NCBI RefSeq assembly: GCF_000485595.1
Contig: NW_014577083.1
Location: forward strand, 455,236-519,235
Direction: 5' to 3'
From: Priapulus caudatus
Lineage: Eukaryota
DNA length: 64,000 nt
Notes under the pieces: generated by a model
The model's input: only the letters and a program-made list of their open reading frames with translations
Database searches by the model: none
What the model was told of the DNA's origin: nothing
Part shown: piece by piece, positions 53,763-64,000 of the stretch
How the letters are laid out: every line of letters starts with the position of its first letter
How positions within the stretch are numbered: the stretch's first letter is position 1
Translations under genes and position numbers: made by a program

Positions 53763-54210
53763 TAGTTGTCTGTCCTACGTCTGGGTGATGATCGGCGCAG
53801 CTGAAAGCCGCACTCGAATTGATTTATCGCATACCTGACGAATACTCGATCACCGTTTACCATTAGTGAATTCCGGTAGGGCATTGGGCTATTCAGAGAG
53901 GATTTCAGTGAACCAGGTTTGATAACGATCGTAAGACAAGACACGACCGAGAGGAACGTACTCGGTAAAATTCTACGCGAATGATCAGCGTGATACGTTT
54001 TTATATTACAGCAGGGGCGATATAAATGACGTAAATCGCATATAGGTATGAAACATATATGTTGTACGAAAAATGATACCGCGCGCCCGTCGAGGCTGAG
54101 CAATTGTTTGCTTCATATGTATCGATTAACACATGGTGCGTGCTCACCGCAGGTAGTACGTTATGAACATTCGCACTGGCGCAAACGTGCGGCATGTCCA
54201 ATAAACTCGG

Positions 54211-54335
54211 CCTAACTAACTAACTAACTAAACTACCTAAGCTAACTAACTAAACTGCGAACGGACGAACATAACTAAACTAACCTAACACTAACTACTA
54301 ACATAACTAACTAGACTAACTAGACTAAAGTAACT
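54211..54335. repeat. Degenerate (CTAA)n repeat
   Basis: cctaactaactaactaactaaactacctaagctaactaac... Confidence 0.85.
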
Positions 54336-54409
54336 ATATATATATAGAGGGGCGGGGGCCGCTAATAGTAATATATATATACTAATATATATAATATAAA
54401 TATAATATA

Positions 54410-55698
54410 TGGGTTTGAAGATTTCAGGGTTCATCAAGTATTGACTTGGGTGGCAATTAGAATTTCAGCTAAATAACAGGGATGTGACATGAAACGATTG
54501 TTTTTTCGCACCTATCACCTTTGCTGGACGCTCTAACAGTAAATTCTATCAACTAAATTGTGCCGTGTTTTAGCCTTGGCTGTGAACATTATGAACGCCA
54601 CGACATAAAGCAGGGGGTGTATAATCCCGTAGCAGTCGATCTCGGGCTGTTCTGTACGTATACGGAACGAATGATGCATGAACGCGCTATGCACTACAAC
54701 GAGCAAATCATGGGAAGATTCTCACAAGACATCCGGCCAATTCGGCAGGTAAGTGTACCTCTAACAATTTCGATACCTTAACGGATCGCAGTCACTCATT
54801 GTAAGCCAGAGGTTTGGTGAAGCTATGTACAGAATAGGTAGTAGGGTTGTATCACTGAGAGAGAAATAGTCCGCGACAGACCAAGATCAGGGCCAGCGGA
54901 CCGTCTGTTATGCGAGCCAACGGCGATACGACTTAACCAAAATTTTGACGTTGATGTTGGGAAAATCGTAGATTAGCACATAGGGAATTTTGAAACTGAA
55001 TGAACTGACCCATGTTTTAGAAATAATTTTGGAGGCAACTCGACGTAAATTGGCATTGCGCATTAGCAGTGATCATGGTGTGCCATGTTCCAGTCAAACT
55101 ACGTGCACAAACTTAAAGGGCGAAGATTGGCAAGAATTAAAATCTATCCGTGCACCAATAGGAAGATAAGTGCCGCGAAACGTTCCTGTCTCTAGATAAA
55201 AACATGTTAATGCCGCTTCCCTTCATTGAAAAGAGCAAAAGCCGCTTGTGCAAATGTGTGGCCAAAAGTGACGCACAGAAGCATAGACTCGCACCAGAGA
55301 ATAGATACAGACTTTGCATCTGCGGTAAAACAATTTCATTGGTCAACGAACACTGATTATGAACGTCATTTGTGACAGATGATCGCCGTCATAGCCATCA
55401 TCCACATCCTGAAACATGGCCATAAAAAATATAGATAACCTCGCAGGGCCCAATTGTACTGGCGGGCGCGGATATATATGACTATAACGCTCTCGTAAGA
55501 TTCTATGATATCGATTTACTTGGGCGAATTATCAAGGATAAACGTTGAAGAGGAATCCTAGTTGAGCAACAAATTACCGTACCAGCTGTTTTGAAGAGAA
55601 TTTTCCAATTGTTCTTTGGCGGCCTGAGGGCCCAGCAGAATGAGGCTCGTCAGGAGTGACTTCGCCAGATGGTGAATAAACAGTTTTTCAATATATAT
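54410..55698 (+). repeat. Duplicated segment D, copy 2 (insertion-rich)
   Basis: Colinear with 44680-45772 but about 200 bp longer from scattered insertions. Confidence 0.95.
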
Positions 55699-55842
55699 AG
55701 TATATAATATATATATATGCGGTGGTGGGTGTCAAGGGCGGCCGGGGAGGAGGGGCGGGGGGATGATCAGGAGATAGTATATGTATACTACGAAACATCA
55801 CCGGGGTTTTCGTCCGTGACTAAAAGGCGCCGCTGCGCAGAA

Positions 55843-56432
55843 GCTCTCTTCTCTCTCCTCGTCGTCTCCTCTTCTCTCTCTGCGTCTCTCTCTTTCTATA
55901 CTCTCACTATCGCCACAGTCTTTTCATCTCTCTCTCTCGGCCTCTCCAGGCTCATCGCTCTCCTGCTCTGCCTGACGCGCCTCTCCCCATCTCTTGTCGC
56001 AGCGTTCGTCGATAGCGGAGTCTCTGCGTCTCTTCTCTCGCGCTCTCATCCCGTCTCTGACTGCTCTTTCGGCCCTCCTCGCTCTCTCTCTCTCTCTCTC
56101 TCGTCTCCTCTCTCGCTGGGCGGCTCTCGTCTCTCCTCTCATTTCTACCTCTCTCTGGAGCGTCGACCGTATGTTCGGTCTTTTCTCGCCTCTATCTCGC
56201 GTCTCAGCGCTCTCCTGTCTCGGTCTCTTCGTGCTCCGATGTCGACGGGGTCGCGGCCTCCGCTCTCTCACTGGTTCGGTGGCCGCGTCGGGCGTCTGTC
56301 ACTACTCCTGCTCGGTCCGGTTTCGTCTCTCTCTCTCTCCATCTCTACTCTCCTCTCTCTCTCTCTCACTCTCACTATCTCTGTCTCTCTGAGATAGTGA
56401 GAATGAGAGAGAGAGAAAGAGGGGGAGAGAGA
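55843..56432. repeat. Highly degenerate (TC)n tract followed by (GA)n
   Basis: Pyrimidine-rich low-complexity sequence. Confidence 0.85.
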
Positions 56433-58778
56433 AATGCATGTATCATTGAGCGTGGGGGGGGGAGACCGCCCGTGCCTTACCACCCGCCTCCTGCCACATT
56501 CCTCACAAATCATCGTGCCGCGCTTTACGCGAGATCTCGCGATGAAACGCCGAGTGCAGGCGTTCGCCCCGAAAGAATTCCACAGTTGTTGTTGTTGTCC
56601 GGGGGGTGCTCTGCGAGGAGGGGGAGAGGGTGGAGGTTGTTCGTGCCACAGCAGGAGACAGTAAATTATGATAATTTCGCAGCGGTCTGCCTGAATGACG
56701 CCGTCCGCGTTCATTCACGGTGCGGGGCACCCGCCGTCCCACAGCCGGTGCTACGGACCATACCTGACATGGTATGCGTACAGCTTGCCTTTGTCGAATA
56801 GGCAATTAATATGCTTTAGCTTTTGTGTGGATGGGCTTGAGCTTTGGCCTGATACCCAGTCGTGGAGACAGGTGCCGCGTATGTTGGACATCGTCAGTGC
56901 ACGCGGTCGAGGATGGCCTCGATGTTGTGTTGGATTGAAACTAAACGGTTCATGCTTGCTTTTTGAATTTTTTTTTATCGTATTTTAAAATCTGAAACGT
57001 ATCTAATTATGAATTGATAAATCATTCTATTATTTAATTACATATCTTTCCGTGCGGGTCGCAATATCTGCTTTTGAATAGATTCTGAAGGGACAAAACA
57101 CTAGTCGCATTTCACTCTCGCGCGCGCATGGTAACCGAAAAGCCTTTCATGGCAATTCTTCACCAAGCGAACTGGAATGGTGAGTGATCCGTAAAGCATG
57201 AATATATTTTAAAGATCGCGCTATCCACGCGCCCTGCGAGCAGCTTCATTGTGAACGAGGTGTGTACCTGTGTGAGTGACTAGGTGATATTAGCGGCAGG
57301 TACGTGTGTACCATAACGATCCCGCAATCATCGGAACCTCGGTGTATGAACAGAGGCAACGGTCGCATTATGCTTCTGCCCGTTGCGTAGCAATGCTGTT
57401 GTTGGTACGGGCAATATTTTGTTCATCCTATATTTCCCCGCTTTCGTCCGCTTGTGCGTTACTGCGGTGCGTTACGACTAGATTAGCGAGTATTTAGATG
57501 ACGGTGGTTTTCCGTTATGTTGCGGGGCTCGTACTCAAGCACCTCCCGTGTAGCGCTACTCCGCAGCAAATTCAGGACGTTTTCAGGCACATGATTTCAC
57601 GGGTAAATCCAAAAACGTGTTTCCACTTTATTAAGCAGTTCATTTAGGCTGAGCAACTCTCGTTTCCAGTTCCCATGATACCATCACCATGACAGCTAAA
57701 TATTAGGACGAGATGGAAATGTATTTCTATTGCATGCTGTTTTCCCCTGGCAGCGCTAATGCAGTGTGCAGCTTCGCTGAATGGGTGGCATCATTTCTGA
57801 AATTGCTTTCTTGGTTCGCGGCTATAAAAAAAAAATCATTTCCGATCTTGGATTTATACGGCGAGACAAACATTATTCGGAGTCTAGCAGGTGCAATCGG
57901 GCACACCGCAGCTCCCATTACAAACCACATCAACGTAGTCCGAATATGGACGAGAAGAACTCGGGCGTGCAACTTCCGCCCTCGGCGTGTTACGTGGCGG
58001 CCGTAAACAATGCTTGTTGTCGTGAAACGCCGGCCTGTTGATGACCGCTGGGGATGTTTGATGTCGCAACCGACCCCTGCAACGCGGAACATGATAGATG
58101 AAGATGAAACCCCACCGCAAGCACTCTCCGTAAACCTCCAGTAACGACATCACCGTGTCATACTACCTTCAGTATCGTCCAGCAACATTTCTTGATCTCC
58201 CTATGACCATCAGCAACCTCCCGTGACCGCAGTAATCTTCAACGGTGATGAGTAATGTCCAGAGATACGCACTGATATCTAGATATCCTTCAGTGTAAGA
58301 TCGAGTGACTGTAGTAACCTCTACATAATATCAAGCAATGTATCCGGATCGCCACTAATCTCCCGTAACCACCAGCAAACATAATGACATCTAGTAATCG
58401 CAGTAACTTCTACATGCACTGAACACAAGAAATCACCAGTAGCCGTAGTCGTGGCGAACTAACTGAACTAAGAGACCTAGAGTAATTAATATCTATGTAT
58501 TCTCTTTATTAATCATTAAAATAAATTCCAAATGAATAAAACCGCTATACTAAAATTGCACAAGGTGTATTAAATAATTTGTTGTATATTAATCTGCAGT
58601 AAATCACTTTTGATTAAAACGTGATATAAAAAGAGGATATAGATGGCAGGACTCCTGATAAATCATACCTAAGCGTAGTCTTTACTTACGTATACATAGA
58701 GGGCAGCGTAAAAATAACAGCAAATCCCGTATATACAAATAATGTCGATTACTGTAAGACTAAATGCATTAATTATAC

Positions 58779-58840
58779 CAAGAGCATATTAAGAAGGTTT
58801 CTTAATAAAGGCTTCTTAAAGCCTTCTTAATACGCTCTTG
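58779..58840. repeat. 62-bp hairpin with about 22-bp arms
   Basis: caagagcatattaagaaggttt versus aaagccttcttaatacgctcttg (reverse complement caagagcgtattaagaaggcttt). Confidence 0.8.
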
Positions 58841-60259
58841 ATTATACTACTTGTCGTGTCGTGTTTACACGGGTAAATGATCCGGTGGATTTTTGGATAT
58901 GCGTTTGGGAATGAAAGGTCTATCACATATGATCAATGTGAATCGGAACAGTGAAATACTGTTTTGCTAAGAATAACATATGAATGCTCACTCACAAACA
59001 CCGGCAAATGTGCAAATACAACGAAGCGCATGCGCATGCGCACGTGTGAGCACTGTTTATTTACTAAAAATTATCGGAAGAGTGTTGTGATCGATCACTG
59101 GAGATTTATCTCATTGTTTATTACTGCATTCCAATCCCATATATCGACTTTTAATAATACACTAGAAATATTTAACAAAAGAAATAGAAAATGTTCCTAT
59201 AGTAAAATACGCTAGGTAAAAGAGCATCCAAACCAACACATAAGACTTAATGGTTTATGTTTTCTTGATTAGTATGTTCGACTAGTGCATTCAACGTTTC
59301 AATATGCATTACCGCTGAGCATGATCTTCTTTTATATCCGCTTCATTGTGGTGAAAACATATTTCTGTTGAGGTTAGTATCGCTCCACATGATTATCTCA
59401 GCTTCTCCTTTCACATGGTTACCACCCGCGTATCATTAGATAATCAAATTCCACCTTAACCCGCTGCATAAATGCCGGAAGGCACGCAGAAATAACAAAT
59501 TACATGATGCCAAAGCACTGAGGCACGAGTAACGAACGGCGGGTTTCTCAATGGAGGCACTGAAAACCCACTGGCAGCGATAGTGACTCGATTATGGCTT
59601 TTAAAAAGCCATGAACCAACCATCTGCACGCATTGTCATTGCTTAATACAATGTACAATATTTGTGTTATTCAATTAAAACATGACTGCTGCATAATAAA
59701 ATGCGTGCCTCCCGCCTAATCGAGCTTCCGCCGTAACCTTCATGTGCATGGTTGGTCCGGTGTCTTGGAATTAACATGTTTATGCTTCGGAAGAGCAATT
59801 CTTTGTCGTGTGTGCATAGATTTAACTATTTATATTTAGTTAGCACGGGTTATAGTTAGTACGCATAGATCAATATCTAAATAGTTTCCCGTTTGTATAC
59901 GAGTTTGATTGCGTTTGCTGAGTAGCGGTTGCGTTGGGGAAGCGAGAGGATGAAGGGATATGGAGAGGAAGGTCAGGGACGCACATATAGTGCTGTTGTT
60001 TTATGTGTGTGAGAGTACGTGTTGTTGTATACGTTTATGATGTGTTTTTGGTGTTCAGGTTAATTACGCGGTGTGACAGTTATCCACGCCTCCTGGCGTT
60101 GGACTGGGCGTTACTATATCAATGATACGCTGCACTGACCTTCGTCTGCCGAACCAAACGTCGCATTCGTATGCTATTCTACCGTAATGATAATATATAC
60201 ATATTTACACGTAAACGTTTAATTCTGTGTTGTAGAATTGTCCCCATTATATACACGCC

Positions 60260-60271
60260 ACGCGCGCGCGC

Positions 60272-60356
<85 letters not shown>

Positions 60357-60366
60357 TGTGTGTGTG

Positions 60367-60406
<40 letters not shown>

Positions 60407-61043
60407 TGTGTGTGTGTGTAGTGTGTGTGTGTGTGTGTGTGTGTGTGCGCCGAAGTCCATCGCATTTCCATCCATCCATCCATGCCCATCCATCCATCCT
60501 ACCATCCATCCATCATTCCATCCATCCATCAAACCTCCATTCCATCCCCATCCATCCATCCATCCATTCCATCCATGCCATCTAATCCATCCATCCATCC
60601 ATTATCCATCCATACATCCATCCATCCATCCATCCATCCCTCCACCATCCTCATCATCCATCCATCCATCCATCCACCATCCATCCATCATCCATCCATC
60701 CATCTCCATCCATCCTCTATCCATCCATCCTATCCATTCCATCGCTCCATCCATCCTTCTATATCCATCTATCCATCCATCCCTCTATTACATCCAATCT
60801 ATCCATTCCATCCATCATCCATCCATTCCATCCATCATCCATCCATCTCATCCATCCATCATCCATGCCATCCATACCATGCCATCCACCATCCATACCA
60901 TCCTCCATCCATCCATCCATTCCACCATGCCATCCATCCATCCAATCCATCTATCCATCCATTCCATCCATCCCCATCTATTCCTATCTATCTACTTATC
61001 TATCTAATCTATGCTATCTATCTTACTTCTATCTATCTAAATG

Positions 61044-61078
<35 letters not shown>

Positions 61079-61353
61079 CTATCTATCTATCTATGCTATC
61101 TACTCTATCTATCTACTATCTATCTATCTATCTTATCTATCTATCTATCGCTATCTTATCTATCTATCTATCTATCTTATCTACTATGCTTATTCTGATC
61201 TAAATCTTCTATCTAATCTATTTATCTATCTATCTATCTATAAGCCTATATGTATCTATACGATAATATATATATATTATATATATTATATATGATAAGA
61301 CTATATCTATATCTATAATCTTATATCGGCATATTATAGTACATATATATATA

Positions 61354-61394
<41 letters not shown>

Positions 61395-61395
61395 C
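60260..61395. repeat. Compound microsatellite (TG)n, (CCAT)n, (CTAT)n, (TA)n
   Basis: Directly visible; source of the HPSI/IYLS pseudo-ORFs. Confidence 0.97.
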
Positions 61396-63129
61396 AGAAA
61401 GCCGATATACAAGGCGACTTTAATCGTAGGGTATTGGCCGATTACTGTATGATACATTAATTCTAGGATTTTGTACGTTTTTTTGATAAGAAGTTTGATG
61501 CCTCTCAACTATACCATGCGTGCTTTGTGTTCACAAATGAGCACCAAAGGCAGATGACGACTACGAGCAATGAGCTAGCGGCGATCCGAATACGGGCGCA
61601 GCGCTTATCATTGGCAACTCCACTGAACCAATCTTCCGCACCAACATGCGACATATTGTTGCTGAGTCAAATGCGCGATTGACAATTCCGATCATCTTAA
61701 CGCGGAGCGCCCCCATTCTTCGCCATCCGTACATAAAGCTTGCGGTTGTGGCCAGCCACTGATATCCAGTGAAAGATTGCTTACCCAGCCAGGCCGTTTG
61801 TGTCGCGCTGCTTCTACGGTCATCAGGCCACTAGCTTTCACAGAAAGGCATATAATAATACTGCCCCAACTAATGTGTCACATTTCTATAGACCGGCAAA
61901 AAAACTGGATTGGTTATTTTATACGGCGTCCATTTGTCATAATTTAATAAGCTTTGGTTAAATTAAAAAACAGCAACTAAGAAGCTTACGTGCGAACTAG
62001 TCGAAACTGTGATCTGCTGAAAAGCTCCAGTTGGATAGGAGACATTTTCATCAACGCTTTCAGGAGATTTGAGGTCAAGAAGCTTTGTATGAATAGATGT
62101 GATTGACTCTCGTCGGGACTCGTGTGATCTGCGAAAGACTTGCACACAACCGCACTGCAATGGACCATTACGGACGTGCGATGCACGTCGTTTACGCAAG
62201 TCTCACTAGCCGGGAAAAACGTAATGATAATTATGTACGGTAATGCCATTTATCAATTTCGAGCGAGTACATGCTTTAATAAAAATAAAAACGGGAGAAA
62301 AAATCATTTTACAAAGCAAAACGCATAACGCATGTAGTTTGGGCACTCGTACACGAGATATATGTAGTAGGTTAAAATATGAAGTTTTGCGTGCATAAGT
62401 TATACGACTCCAGCATGCTGATGCTATTCTATGTTGAGTTCATGCAAACTGCACTATCGCGGGAAGTAATTAACGTTTGAAAACATGGCGCTCTTCTTTA
62501 GTAACCTATAATGTGATCAACGGCTCTCTTTGAAATGAGATTATACACATACCAATTAATTTAGAATAATTTAATTTACGAATATAACTGTTTGAACATC
62601 CGATTTGTGATATAGGCGGATGCAGGCTACCGCTTTACTATAATTTATAAGTAATGTAGTTAATTAACAGGCAGCGATACAGTAAGACCAGTAAGCAATA
62701 CTGTCCTGACTTTTTCAAGGCCCAGTGTGTGTGTAGTTTCAAGCCCACACAGTGCACAGCTGCAGTGTGGCCAGTGTGCCAGTAATTGTGGCGCAGGTGT
62801 ATCTTAAGCTGGCAAAGCACGTGAATAGGTTGACAAGTATATTGCATGTTACTGGCTAATAATATCATGACAGCGATCCAGTTTAGTAAATGACATTCAC
62901 AGGCTCATAATGATACACCGTAATTAAGGAAATATAGCATATCCGTGAGTATATACGCTCTCATGTATTACCGGTTTAACAAAATAAACGCCAACTAATT
63001 AGACGTTTCTATTGTCTTCTCTGCAGGCCATGCCCCTCAAATGGAAGTCTACGTGTGCTGAGCAGTGCAACTTATGAATGACAAAACAGTCAAAAACATA
63101 AAATAATACCTTGTGTGCAGTTGTGCACG

Positions 63130-64000
63130 GTTCCACAACACATGCGCGTACATGACTACATACGCCACGCGCGACGGACGCACACACGCACACACACGGC
63201 ACGCACAACACACAACTGCGCGTACATATCACATACGCACGCCGCACACGCACTACCCCACACAAGGCACAGCAACACACGCACAACAACGCGCCCCCCG
63301 CGCACGCAAAAAAGAACGCACGGCACTCACGCACGCAACGCAACGCACACAACAACACGCGCACCACGCGCACTTGACTTCACAACACACTCTGCTCTCA
63401 CACACACACATGCAGCACGCACGCACGCACACCACATACACACAAACAGCAGGCACGCACGCACGCACGCACGCGGCGCGGCGTCACGCACACGCACACA
63501 CCACACACACACACTCATTACTACGCACAACCACAACGCACACTGCACTCACAGACACACCCTCTCACGACCACACACACACAGTCCACACACATAACAC
63601 ACACACATACACACACACCACAGAGAGACAACACATCACACACACACACACACAGAGAGAGACACACACAGACACACATCAGACACACACACGCAAGCAC
63701 CACTTCACGAAGGGTAGGGAATCGGCGGCGGAGAGGGAGCGGAGTGAAAAGTGGAGTAGTGGGACGCGGGACACCCTCACACACACTTCACACAAGCACA
63801 CACACACACACACACATCACACACAGCAGAGTACACACACAGACACACACAGACACACACACGCACCACTCACTGTACAACACCCTCACACAGCACAACA
63901 GACACACACACACACACACCACACATGCCCACACACGCACACACAGCACCCTCACACAACACACACAATCAATGCACACACACCGCACACACACCACACA
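63130..64000. repeat. Degenerate (CA)n tract running to the window end
   Basis: Directly visible; indel-rich. Confidence 0.9.

Noticed and set aside
53225..54103. 292-aa minus-strand ORF
   Set aside because: Mostly degenerate (CA)n in a noisy region; the non-repetitive part has no recognisable domain.
54211..54335. Telomeric repeat
   Set aside because: The unit is CTAA, not CCTAA or CCCTAA, and the tract is short, degenerate and interstitial.
55717..56397. 226-aa Ser/Leu-rich ORF
   Set aside because: Degenerate (TC)n tract.
60171..61295. HPSI/IYLS-repeat ORFs
   Set aside because: Translations of (TG)n, (CCAT)n and (CTAT)n.

Overview
Eukaryotic, most likely invertebrate animal, genomic DNA: moderate GC, no obvious CpG depletion, very microsatellite-rich, three N-gaps. 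It reads as intergenic or intronic sequence from a draft assembly. I recognise no protein-coding gene, rRNA, tRNA or CRISPR array, and nearly all long ORFs in the track come from microsatellites or N-runs. Four 1-2.3 kb segments occur twice and differ mainly by scattered 1-bp indels, which suggests gap-filling with uncorrected long reads rather than real duplication. The best biological signals are mobile-element structures: (1) a Helentron/DINE-1-like non-autonomous element (about 30451-31678) with matching subterminal inverted repeats, a ~145-bp internal tandem array and a 3' hairpin; (2) a 430-bp CAC...GTG foldback element nested in it, with a near-perfect 5-bp GC-rich target duplication (Transib-like); (3) an inverted pair of Penelope-type repeats with a minimal hammerhead ribozyme motif inside a (TA)n tract (4746-4925). 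There are also several tiny inverted-repeat elements, 28-bp and 24-bp minisatellites, and two weak candidate coding segments. All alignments were done by eye, so boundaries are approximate.
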